Source of the DNA: Chloroflexota bacterium
GTDB taxonomy: Bacteria > Chloroflexota > Dehalococcoidia > Lucifugimonadales > UBA3495
Assembly (NCBI GenBank): GCA_027623675.1
Contig: JAQBVF010000031.1
Coordinates: 1 to 40,278, forward strand
Direction: 5' to 3'
DNA length: 40,278 nt
Shown: one piece after another, positions 9,335 to 18,892 of the stretch
How the letters are laid out: every line of letters starts with the position of its first letter
Position numbering within the stretch: the stretch's first letter is position 1
Notes under the pieces: generated by a model
Database searches by the model: none
What the model was told of the DNA's origin: nothing
Seen by the model: only the letters and a program-made list of their open reading frames with translations
Position numbers and translations under genes: made by a program

Positions 9335-10537
9335 TTAGTTGGCCGTGACACAGCGGGCGGGATCGGCTTCGGCCAGCACCGGGGCGGGGTGGCCGGTGTG
9401 GATGTAATCGGCCAGCAGCTTGCCGGACATGGGCCCGCGGCCAAACCCGGATGACGCCAAGCCCGTGACGAGGAATAGGTTCTCCAGGCCGGGGACCTTG
9501 CCGATGATCGGTTTGCCGTCCATGGAAAAGGGCATGATTCCGGCCCAGGTGCGGCTGATGGGCAGCTTGGCCACCAGAGGTATGATCTCTGCCGCATGAC
9601 GCCGGTTCACTGCGATGCCCGATTCGTCGGGAACATAGTCGTATCCGGCCAACTGGCGGTCGCCGCCGAAGATAATCTCGCCATTCCTGGTCTGCCCGCC
9701 GTACAGATGTCGGGTGATCCGCTGGGTCCCGTAGTGGGTGAGCTCCGGGGGAAACCCGGTGTCTGGGGGCTGCAGGCTCCAGTCATGGGGCGACTCCGCG
9801 GAGCCGATCATGTGAAAGATTGACGGCGGGACGGGGTCGGTGGCCCACATCTGCCCTTTGATGGGCGCCACGGGAATCTTGATTCCCAGCAGGTCGCCCA
9901 CCGGGCGGGACCAAGCGCCCGCCGCCAGGACCAGGGTCTTGGAACTGAACTCCCCTTGGTTGGTTTGAGCTTGCCAGGACCCGTCTTGCCGTTGAGTTAG
10001 CCCCTGAACGTCGTGGCCGGTCTTGATCGAGGCGCCGAGGTCTGATGCAGCTTCACCGAACGCCATGGTGGCTTTGGTGGGGTTGGCCCGGCCTCGGTTC
10101 AGCATGTACATGAACCCGGCCAGGTGTTCCGATGCCTCCGGTTCGATGGTGCGGGCCTCCCGGGTGGTCAGCAACTCAACATCGTAGCCTTCAGACCGTA
10201 GCTTTAGAACCCGGTTGGAGGTGTAGTTCCATTGCTCGGCGTTGTGTACTGCCTGCAACCCGCCCGGAGCGTGGAACTCGATGTCGTAGCCCATGTCCAG
10301 CTGCAGCGTCTTAAATATCTCGAAGCTGCCCGCGGTCAGGTACGATTGCAGGTCTGGGATGTGGCCCCAACCCACACCCCCCAGGCCGCCGGCATTAACG
10401 CCGGAAGCTTCACCGGCTAGCTGGCCTCGCTCCAGCAACGTGACCCGTTCGCCGTGTTGCGCCAGGTGGAATGCAGTGGTCACACCGCAGATCCCGCCGC
10501 CGATTATGAGGACGTCCGATTCGTTTTCGCTGGCCAA
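9335..10537 (-). CDS. FAD-dependent oxidoreductase, DAO/glycine oxidase/sarcosine oxidase-beta family
   Basis: IIGGGICG, EASGVNAG, LAAGAWS, WAG..P.S.DGKPIIG, GFGRGP. Confidence 0.9.
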   Translation of the reverse strand: MASENESDVLIIGGGICGVTTAFHLAQHGERVTLLERGQLAGEASGVNAGGLGGVGWGHIPDLQSYLTAGSFEIFKTLQLDMGYDIEFHAPGGLQAVHNAEQWNYTSNRVLKLRSEGYDVELLTTREARTIEPEASEHLAGFMYMLNRGRANPTKATMAFGEAASDLGASIKTGHDVQGLTQRQDGSWQAQTNQGEFSSKTLVLAAGAWSRPVGDLLGIKIPVAPIKGQMWATDPVPPSIFHMIGSAESPHDWSLQPPDTGFPPELTHYGTQRITRHLYGGQTRNGEIIFGGDRQLAGYDYVPDESGIAVNRRHAAEIIPLVAKLPISRTWAGIMPFSMDGKPIIGKVPGLENLFLVTGLASSGFGRGPMSGKLLADYIHTGHPAPVLAEADPARCVTAN

Positions 10538-10674
10538 GATTGAAACCCGCCTTTAGCTTGAAAGCTGCCTGGACCGGTACCGCCGGCGTGGGAGTCCCAG
10601 AGTTCAGGTCATCATAGATGGGTGAGCCAGGCGGGTCAACGGCGGCCCAACGCAATCTGTCGGCGGGGCTTTTG

Positions 10675-11712
10675 CTATATCTGTCGCAGGCGTGGGTCCA
10701 GCTTGTCCCGGAGCCAGTCGCCGAACAGGTTCAGCGACATCACCGTGAGCATGATCGCCAGCCCTGGGAAGGTGGCGATCCACCAGAACCCGGCCAGCCT
10801 ATCCCGCCCGTCAGACACCATCGACCCCCAAGCCGCGGTAGGCGGAGGCACACCGGCGCCGAGGAAGCTCAGTACGGACTCGAGTAGGATGACGATCCCA
10901 ACCTGCAATGTCGCCACCACGATCAGCGTGTTGATCGTACCCGGGAATATGTGAATCATGAGGATGCGCTGGGTCGATGCGCCGGACACCTTGGCCAGCG
11001 CCACATAGTCTTTGGTCTTCAACAGCAACACCTCGCCCCGCACCTGTCGGGCGAACCTGGGCCAGATAAATAGGCAAAGGACCGTGACGATAATGGTGAA
11101 TGATTGGCCCAATGAAACCACCAACACCAACGCCACCAAGATGAGCGGCAGAGACAGCATGACGTCAACGAGACGCATTATGAACTCGTCCACCCAGCGG
11201 CCATACCAGCCGGCCATCAAGCCCAGGGTTACCCCAATGGTGCCTCCGACGCCCAGGGTTATCGCCGCGACGATCAGCGAGATTCGCGCGCCGTAGATTA
11301 TGCGTGAGAGCAGGTCACGGCCCAACTGGTCGGTGCCGAGCAGGTATTTGGTGGAGCCGCCGGGCTGGATGACCACTTCGATCTGGTCGCCCACAACAGC
11401 CTGAGGGTCAATCAACTGGGCTTGCCGCAAAGAGATTAGCCGGCCCTGGTCTTCCAGGGCGACACTATCGGCAACGGTCTTGGACGCGGTTGTCGCGCCG
11501 GACCAGAAGGGGGGCAGGTTCCGTTCTTGCAAGACGCCCCTATCCGGGTCATGGGGCGCGATCCAGGGCGCCGCCACGCCCGATATAACCACCAGTGACA
11601 GCAGAAAGACCGGCAAGATCGGCCACGTTCGGGCCGCGTGCCAGACCTTGGACAAGTCGATCAGCCCCGGCTTTCGGGTTACAAGTATCTCGGCGAATTC
11701 TTGATTAGCCAT
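10675..11712 (-). CDS. dppC: Opp/Dpp ABC permease (DppC type) with a ~45-aa loop insertion
   Basis: LLGTDQLGRDLLSRIIYGARISL, EAA-like loop DYVALAKVSGAS, WGSMV. Confidence 0.92.
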   Translation of the reverse strand: MANQEFAEILVTRKPGLIDLSKVWHAARTWPILPVFLLSLVVISGVAAPWIAPHDPDRGVLQERNLPPFWSGATTASKTVADSVALEDQGRLISLRQAQLIDPQAVVGDQIEVVIQPGGSTKYLLGTDQLGRDLLSRIIYGARISLIVAAITLGVGGTIGVTLGLMAGWYGRWVDEFIMRLVDVMLSLPLILVALVLVVSLGQSFTIIVTVLCLFIWPRFARQVRGEVLLLKTKDYVALAKVSGASTQRILMIHIFPGTINTLIVVATLQVGIVILLESVLSFLGAGVPPPTAAWGSMVSDGRDRLAGFWWIATFPGLAIMLTVMSLNLFGDWLRDKLDPRLRQI

Positions 11713-11731
11713 CTATGCTGTCCTCTCTGTC

Positions 11732-12649
11732 TTACGTGTACCGGATGCGGGGGTCTATCAGGGCGTACAGCACGTCCACCAAGAAAGAGGCGGCCACATA
11801 CAAGAGAGTGAATACGATGACTACAGCCTGCAAGAGGGCGTAATCAAGGCCGAACAGGGCATCGACCGCCAGCTTGCCCAGTCCGGGCCAGGCGAACACC
11901 GTCTCGACCACCAGCGAACCCGTGACCAGGGCGCCAAGGGTGACTCCGGCAAAGGTGAGCGCGGGTATCACCGCGTTCCGCAGTGCGTGCTTCAGAATCA
12001 CGGTCTGGCTGGACACGCCCTTGGCCCGCGCCAGTTTGATGTACTCAGAGTCCAGCACGTCCAACATGGCCGAGCGGATCAGCCGGAGGTTGGCGGCCGC
12101 GTAGAACCAGCCCAGGGTGATGGCCGGCAGGATGATGCCGCGCGGGTCTTCACGCCCGAACGGCGGGACCCAACCCAGGTTCACCGAGAAGAAGAACATT
12201 AGCATGATGCCCAACCAGAAGGGCGGCGCCGACTGTCCGACCAGGGCCACGCCTCGGCCGAACTGGTCGATGATGCTGCCGCGTTGGACCGCCGATAATA
12301 TGCCAAGCGGGACTCCGATCAGCAGGGACAGAGCGAATGAGGCCGTTGCCAATTGCAGGGTGGCGGGAAGGCGTTCCAACACGATATGCATGGCCGGCCG
12401 GCCCTGCTGGATGGACTCCCCGAATTCCCCTCTGAGGGCGTCCTTGACGAAGATTCCGTACTGTTGGTAATACGGCTTGTCCAGGCCCAATTCGGCCCCC
12501 ATCCGGTCCCAGTCTTCCATGGTGGAGTAGTCGTCGAGTAGAAGCGCCCGCGGGTCGCCGACCGCCCGGCTCATTATGAATATCACCACCGAGACGATCA
12601 TGACGGTAACGATGGCTATGATGAATCGCCGCAGTAAGAACCTTTGCAT
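11732..12649 (-). CDS. dppB: Opp/Dpp ABC permease (DppB type)
   Basis: GLDKP, EYIKLARAKG, VETVFAWPGLG; start moved to ATG 12649 (MQRFLLRR) behind GGAG. Confidence 0.92.
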   Translation of the reverse strand: MQRFLLRRFIIAIVTVMIVSVVIFIMSRAVGDPRALLLDDYSTMEDWDRMGAELGLDKPYYQQYGIFVKDALRGEFGESIQQGRPAMHIVLERLPATLQLATASFALSLLIGVPLGILSAVQRGSIIDQFGRGVALVGQSAPPFWLGIMLMFFFSVNLGWVPPFGREDPRGIILPAITLGWFYAAANLRLIRSAMLDVLDSEYIKLARAKGVSSQTVILKHALRNAVIPALTFAGVTLGALVTGSLVVETVFAWPGLGKLAVDALFGLDYALLQAVVIVFTLLYVAASFLVDVLYALIDPRIRYT

Positions 12650-12705
12650 GTTCGTACGTCTCCGATCAACGCCGTCTATCCATGCCGTGTCCGGTGCGCT
12701 GGGCC

Positions 12706-12737
12706 CCACACCGCAGGGCAGTCGCCCCGCGGTGTGG
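12706..12737 (-). other. Intercistronic hairpin downstream of the SBP gene
   Basis: CCACACCGCGGGGC-GACT-GCCCTGCGGTGTGG; position typical of mRNA stabilisers/attenuators after SBP genes. Confidence 0.55.
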
Positions 12738-12799
12738 TTGATACCATCTGGGCCTACCCTAGTTAAGACCACGGGTCCAAGGACTCCCCGGCCCAAGGT

Positions 12800-14600
12800 T
12801 TATCGGGGTTTTATGTATTCGTAACCGTTGATGTTCCTTAGATCGGTGAACTTGACGTCCGCTTTCCATTCTTCGATCCGCGGGCCCACCGGCCACACCG
12901 CGCCGACGCTATATAGCCCGACGTAAGTGAGGGCATTATCAAAGAGCCATTGGCCCAGCTCCGATTCCAGCCGCACCAATTCCACCGGGTCAACCGCGGC
13001 GCTTATCCTGGGCATTATGTCCTCCAGCCAGGGGTGGCTCGCGCCGGCGTTCCAGGCAGCGTTTTCCGTGATCAGCGTTTGGGCGCCCACCGTGACTATC
13101 CGTGCGCCTGCGGCATGGCAGGTGGCCCCCTGGTAGGTGCGGGCGACCATGGTGGGCCGCAGGGTGGAGTAGGGCAGGTTCTGCAACTTTACGTCCATGC
13201 CGATATCGCCCCACATCTGTGCTATCGCACTGCAGGCCTCAACCTCGGCGGGAGCGCCCCGCAAAGACGGTGTGAGCGTGATGGAGAAACCGTCTGGGTA
13301 ACCAGCCTCGGCCAGAAGCTGCTTGGCGCGCTGGGGATCGTAGACCCAATCGCCCTTGATCTGGGATCCGTGATTGCCCCAGAACCACAACTTGATCGGG
13401 TCCGCGAATCCTCTGAGGAGAGTGTCAATGATGGTCTGGCGGTCGATGGAGATCGCCAGCGCCTCCCGGATCTTGCGCGCGTTCTCCCACTCCGGGGAGT
13501 CCAATTCCCAGTTGCTGGAGATCCACGGGACCTCCGGGTCGTAGGAAGCCCGGTTCTCGGTGTCGGGTTTCGAAGCTTCTGCGTAGTACCCGCCGTAGAA
13601 GTTGATTCCGTAGTCGATGGCGTTGGACACGGACAACAACTTCGCCCCTTCGACCTTCTCAACCTCGGGTATGGAGTCGAAGGCCATGAGGAAGGTGTCC
13701 AGTTGACCGGTTTGGAACCCGGCGATGCGGGCCGACTCCTCGGGTATCTCGCGGAAGATCAGTTCGGGGAAAGCGGGGGTCTGGCGCCAGTGATCCTCCA
13801 CCGCGTTCATCCGCCAGAATTCGTTGTCACGGTGCTCAATGATCTCCCAAGGCCCCGTTCCGGCGATCTCCCGGTTGGCTGCTTCGACACCGATCTCGTC
13901 GGACTGTTTCTTGCTGACCACCCAGTTTGACGAGCCGGAGGGCGTTTTCGCCAGCCAGTTCTCCAGGGTTACGAGTTCCGACACCGCTATTCCCGTATTT
14001 ACGGCAACGGTGTAGTCATCGACAGCGGTTACGCTGCCGTTCTCAGGCGTCCAGAAGGCCTTGAAATCGGGCGTCCGGGCGTGCAATGGGTTAACGCCCC
14101 AGCCCTCCTGGTAGGAGTAGATCACGTCTGCGGCGGTCATTTCGCCGTAACCCTTGTGGAACTGGACTCCCTGGCGCAGTTTGAACGTCCAGGTCAGGAA
14201 ATCGCCAGAGATATCCCAAGACTCGGCCAGCCAGCCTTCAACCTCTTTGTCCAGGTTGATGGTCACCAGCCCCTCACTGACGGGAGCGGTCTGCTGCACG
14301 AAGAGAGAAGGGTTAACTGCCAGAGCCGGGTGGCCCTGGAAGGTCCCCAATTCCTTCTGACCTACCTGCCAAGGTCCCCGCTGGTTTGGCCATCGCTGGC
14401 GGCGCCTTGGTGGCGGCCGGTAGGGCTGTCGGAGCACCGGGCGGGCTGGTCGCCGGCGCGGTCGTGGCTGAGGAGACGGTGGAATTCGGCGCCGATCCAG
14501 GTGTGGCGGTGGCCGATGACCCGCAGGCCACCAGCAGGATGAGACTGAGCACTAAGGACGAGAATAGGAAGAAACCAGGCTTTTTGAAAGAATGGGACAT
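12800..14600 (-). pseudogene. ABC peptide-type substrate-binding lipoprotein split by a one-base frameshift near 14369 (pseudogene or sequence error)
   Basis: Lipobox LVAC plus Pro/Thr/Ala linker in one frame (ATG 14600, GGAGG SD); SBP family-5 core (LAESW, TFKLRQGVQFH, GTGPW) in another; removing one G gives PAGTLQVGQKELG. Confidence 0.8.
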
Positions 14601-14937
14601 GATCTCAGAACCTCCAGACTTCAATATGGCTAGAATCCTGTGGTCGCCCAATGGCGTCAGCGCCCGTACTTATTGATTACGTAAAGATTAATTTATCTAT
14701 GATTTAATAGCGGTTTTTCTTCTAATACTAAGATGGCATGAGTATTTAGATTCTATATTGTAAGATTTATATCTACACTACGTTAGCGATTTGCAAGAAT
14801 ATATTATATTATGAATAGCGATGTCAACTAGGTTGATGCTAATGTTCCAGTAAGACATGGGATCTGCAGAAACTGGCTGAATTCCTGATTCGGCTAGGCG
14901 GTGAGGGTCCGATCGGGCAGGCGGTCCAGGAAACTAG

Positions 14938-14970
14938 AAAGGACCGCTGTCTTGCGACGGCGGTCCTTTT
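14938..14970. terminator. Intrinsic terminator after minE (bidirectional appearance)
   Basis: AAAGGACCGCTGTC-TTGC-GACGGCGGTCCTTTT. Confidence 0.8.
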
Positions 14971-15011
14971 GCTTGAGCCGGTTGCTGCCTCGGGCTGGGT
15001 TTTGCCCGAGT

Positions 15012-15317
15012 TTAAGCCGTGGGCGCTGGGGCCAGGTCGCTCAGGTCTTTAACCTCGATGTTGGAGACCAGCACCGTCAGGTCGTCCACACGGCGCACCT
15101 CAAACTCCATGAATTCGTCGTCCACCACCATGTATTTGGAGACGACCTCCCAGATCTCGGCCTTCATCTCTTCCAGTTTCTCCGGCGCAAGCTCCAGCCG
15201 GTCTTGGATCAAGACCAACTTGAGTCGCTGCTTGGCCGTGTCTTTGGAGAGCATCTCTGTCGCCTGGTCGAGTTGAGTGCCCGTTAGATTAAAGAGCCAG
15301 CGAAGTAGTTCACGCAT
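15012..15317 (-). CDS. minE: Cell division topological specificity factor MinE
   Basis: SKDTAKQRLKLVLIQDR, EIWEVVSKY; follows minD. Confidence 0.92.
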   Translation of the reverse strand: MRELLRWLFNLTGTQLDQATEMLSKDTAKQRLKLVLIQDRLELAPEKLEEMKAEIWEVVSKYMVVDDEFMEFEVRRVDDLTVLVSNIEVKDLSDLAPAPTA

Positions 15318-16128
15318 GCGAGTAGGTCCTCCCGCCGATGCCGACCAGGTCTTTGAAACGCGAGATCAGGCCGGTTTTGGGTTCCAGGTCCATTAGGGGA
15401 ATGTCCTCTCCATCCACTCTGGCCGCGATCCTGAGGAACGCCTGGCCGGCGGACGATTTGGGATTATGCACCACCGGGACGCCCCGGTTAGCCGCCACGA
15501 CCGTGTTCTCGTCGGCGGGCACCAGGCCGATGACCTCTACCGCCAACAGCGCTTCAACATCTTTCTGGTCCATCATGTCGCCGCGTTTGACCATCTCGGG
15601 AGCGATCCGGTTGATGATGAGCCTTGGCCGGTGCAGCCCAGCCGATTCCAGCAGACCAATCACCCGGTCCGCATCGCGGATGGCCGAAACCTCGGGAGTG
15701 GTCACGATTATCGCTTCTTTTGCAGCGGCGGTGGCGTTCTTGAAGCCCTGTTCGATGCCCGCCGGACAGTCGATGAGGACATAATCAAATTGCTCTTCGA
15801 GTTCGGCGCACAACTCACGAAGCTGCTCCGGCTCGATGCTGTTCTTGTCCCGGGTCTGCGCCGCCGGGATCAGGTACAGTTCGAAATCGTGCTTGTCACC
15901 GATCAGGGCTTGGCTCAGTTTGCAGGTGCCTTCGATGACATTCACCACGTCATAAACGATGCGGTTCTCGAGGCCCATGATCACGTCCAGGTTGCGGAGG
16001 CCGATGTCGGTATCGACGACCACCACCCGATGGCCGCGCATGGCTAGGCCGGTACCGAGGTTGGCGGTGGCCGTGGTCTTGCCGACGCCGCCCTTCCCCG
16101 ACGTTATTACGATGGTCCTACCCTTCAT
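15310..16128 (-). CDS. minD: Septum site-determining ATPase MinD
   Basis: ITSGKGGVGKTT, DIGLRNLD, DCPAGIE, C-terminal amphipathic helix; start ATG 16128. Confidence 0.97.
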   Translation of the reverse strand: MKGRTIVITSGKGGVGKTTATANLGTGLAMRGHRVVVVDTDIGLRNLDVIMGLENRIVYDVVNVIEGTCKLSQALIGDKHDFELYLIPAAQTRDKNSIEPEQLRELCAELEEQFDYVLIDCPAGIEQGFKNATAAAKEAIIVTTPEVSAIRDADRVIGLLESAGLHRPRLIINRIAPEMVKRGDMMDQKDVEALLAVEVIGLVPADENTVVAANRGVPVVHNPKSSAGQAFLRIAARVDGEDIPLMDLEPKTGLISRFKDLVGIGGRTYSHA

Positions 16129-16990
16129 AAGGTACTCCTTTACTGTATCTCGCAAATCGGCCGGCGAATTCGGCTACGTGGATGGAACGGTTCCGCACGT
16201 AGGCGATCCGGGGGCCGGAGGACGACGATTTTGACTTTCGCCGGGTCGATGCCGGGGCGATGCCTTGATACTTGGCAATCTCAAAACGGGCCGAGGGTAG
16301 CTCAAGGGCAACGATCACGGCCTTGGTGTCGCCGGATGCGCCGGCGTGGACCCATCCTTTGAGGGAACCCAGGACCACGATGTCGCCGTCGGCCCGGATC
16401 TCCGCGCCGGGGTTCACGTCCGCCAACACCACCACATCGCCGTGGTGATGCACGGTCTCACCCGACCGGAACGTGGACTTGATGAAAAGTGCCTCGGTGA
16501 GGTTCCGGTTCCGCGCCCCATTCTTGTTGTGCCTGGCCTTGAGTTGCTCGATGAATGAGACGATGGCGGGGGAGGGCTGCGCCGGGTTATTCGAAGCTTC
16601 ACCCGGCAGTACGATCTCATTGTGGGCCGGCGGCTTGTCTGCTTTATCGGCGGTATTCCGTTTCGATCCGGAGGACCTGGCGGCGCTGGGTTTGGCTTCG
16701 ATATGAAAATCGCCTCCGTCCAGCGACTCCGGCGAACACCAGAAGCGGGTCACCTTGAGGCCCGAGTGGGTCTCGATGATGGCCTTTACCTGGGCCAGTT
16801 CTTGGCGGGCCAACAGGCGCTGGCCCACGTTGACGGTGATGTCGCCCTTGGACCACAGGCCGTTCTGCTTGGCCAGATAATCACGCAACTCGGAGGCCAC
16901 AAGATCGAAGGGGGCTTTTTCGTCAATGACAAAAGCAACGTCAGTGCCTCTGGCCATGACCTGCACCACGCCGGTCTTTAGCACGGGCAC
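16118..16990 (-). CDS. minC: Septum site-determining protein MinC
   Basis: TFRSGETV.HHGDVVVLADVNPGAEI.ADGDIVVLGSLKG.VHAGA C-terminal domain. Confidence 0.9.
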   Translation of the reverse strand: MPVLKTGVVQVMARGTDVAFVIDEKAPFDLVASELRDYLAKQNGLWSKGDITVNVGQRLLARQELAQVKAIIETHSGLKVTRFWCSPESLDGGDFHIEAKPSAARSSGSKRNTADKADKPPAHNEIVLPGEASNNPAQPSPAIVSFIEQLKARHNKNGARNRNLTEALFIKSTFRSGETVHHHGDVVVLADVNPGAEIRADGDIVVLGSLKGWVHAGASGDTKAVIVALELPSARFEIAKYQGIAPASTRRKSKSSSSGPRIAYVRNRSIHVAEFAGRFARYSKGVPYEG

Positions 16991-17428
16991 ACCGCGTCTG
17001 CTGGCAGGAATACCCTGCCCGACAACCGAAGATTGTTGGATGACACTCCGCCCACTTTCACACCCACCTTATGTCACCACGATTATTTCAGCCGGACGGG
17101 TTCCGGCACAACGATTTATTGGTCAGATTTTAAACAAAATTTAAGGTTATGTCTAACTTTGAGGCTAAAAGGGGGAAAGCAAGAGGAAATCAGGTGTCAA
17201 AACCCCGGCTAATTTAAAAAAGGAAGACGTACTTGAATACTGTCATTCTGAGGAGTGCCGTAGGCCGACGAAGAATCTGCCAAGGTCATGTTTGGCAGAC
17301 TCTCCCCTTCAATCAGGGTGACATGAGGGGGGTCGGTCGATATATTGAAAATAGCATAATCTTTGCCGATTAAGATAAACTTCTCATCATTTGAGGAAGA
17401 TCCCCTACAATTTACGCAAGGACTAAGG

Positions 17429-18811
17429 ATGCAGAAAATCGTGGTGGCAGTTGTTTTACTTGCCGTCGGCGGAGCCATCGCCTTAGCAATAGTTCCAGCG
17501 CTGCCAGATGAGGTGCAGGATTGGATTTCCGATGCTCAAACATCGTTGGAAGAACGCAGTGAGGACGTGAAAGAAGCGTTCTCGGCAAGCGATGCTTCAA
17601 ACGAGTCTTCTGATAGTGATGAGCCGTTAGCTACGACCCTGGCAACGAAAGAATTTGAAGGACAAATTGTCGGAGGGGTTCCACTAGATGAGCTTACCGC
17701 CAGTGACATCTTTGAAATGGAGCGACTGGGCAAGATTACCAAAGATGAGGCCGCTACGGCGCTCACAGTAATGAAAGGATTGACGATTGATGAAATTCCG
17801 GCGACCATCGACTCTCCAAATTTAACTCGGATAACTCCTACCAAGGTCTCTCAATCAGAAGTAGATGGTTATAGAGAATTTATGCTGGAGTTGATCAACG
17901 AGGACCGGTTGATTGCTGGCCTAACAGAATTAACTTTGGGAACGAATCCAGCGGCTCAAGCTCATGCTGAAGAGATGCTGGAATACAGCTTCCTTTCTCA
18001 CTGGGGATTGGACGGGTACAAGCCGTATATGAGATACGTGCTTGCCGGCGGAGTAGGCGGAGATGCTGAAAACGCGTCTGGTATCGAATCTGAAATGCTT
18101 GAAAGTGTCCGGTACCGGAAAATCACCTCGGTAGAATCGGAACTGCGAGAAGCTCAACAGGGTTTCATGAGAAGTCCGGGGCACCGAAAAAACATTCTTG
18201 ATCCTTGGCACCAAAAGGTTAACCTGGGGATTGCTTGCGATGACGTCACCTGCGCAGTGGTGCAGCAATTTGAGTCCCAATACGTGGAATATGAAGAATT
18301 TCCAAACATTGATTCGGGTGTTTTAACGGTTTCAGGACGGATTCTCGCTCCTTTCAAGTTCGAGCAAATCGATGTTTGGTATGAACGTCCTCCTGCTCCT
18401 CTATCCCTTGGCCAGGTCGATGTGACGTATTGCTACAGCATTGGGGATATCCCGGTCGCGTTTGTTTCGCCGCCGCTGGCTCCAGGCAGTTTCTATCCGG
18501 AAGACAATTCTACTTACGACTGGGAAAGCTGCAAAGATCCTTATTTAGCGGATCCAAACGCGCCACGCAAAAAATCTTTGCCGGTAGGTGTTATACGCCT
18601 ACCGTCGTTAAATTCAGAGCCAGTAAGAAAAGTTCCAACGCCATGGGTCGTAGCGAACCAATGGGACGTGGAAGGGGATTCGTTCAGGATTGAAGTTGAT
18701 TTGACGGATGCCCTGACAGAAAACGGGCCGGGAGTGTATACGGTCTTGATCTGGGGTGAATCGAGTGGCGAAATGGTGTCACTGACAAATTACCCGGTAT
18801 TTGTGGACTAG
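17429..18811 (+). CDS. Membrane-anchored/secreted CAP (SCP) domain protein
   Basis: N-terminal hydrophobic helix; LELINEDR, AQAHAEEM, FLSH, AEN, SPGHRKNIL motifs; AT-richer than neighbours. Confidence 0.85.
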   Translation: MQKIVVAVVLLAVGGAIALAIVPALPDEVQDWISDAQTSLEERSEDVKEAFSASDASNESSDSDEPLATTLATKEFEGQIVGGVPLDELTASDIFEMERLGKITKDEAATALTVMKGLTIDEIPATIDSPNLTRITPTKVSQSEVDGYREFMLELINEDRLIAGLTELTLGTNPAAQAHAEEMLEYSFLSHWGLDGYKPYMRYVLAGGVGGDAENASGIESEMLESVRYRKITSVESELREAQQGFMRSPGHRKNILDPWHQKVNLGIACDDVTCAVVQQFESQYVEYEEFPNIDSGVLTVSGRILAPFKFEQIDVWYERPPAPLSLGQVDVTYCYSIGDIPVAFVSPPLAPGSFYPEDNSTYDWESCKDPYLADPNAPRKKSLPVGVIRLPSLNSEPVRKVPTPWVVANQWDVEGDSFRIEVDLTDALTENGPGVYTVLIWGESSGEMVSLTNYPVFVD

Positions 18812-18892
18812 CCGAACAGAGATGCGGAGCAACCGCCTTTACCGCGGGGATGCCTTGGTTTGATACCGAACGTAGAAATGCCCTTGTAGGGC

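Noticed and set aside
14355..14385. Programmed ribosomal frameshift in the SBP gene
   Set aside because: No slippery heptamer or homopolymer at the junction
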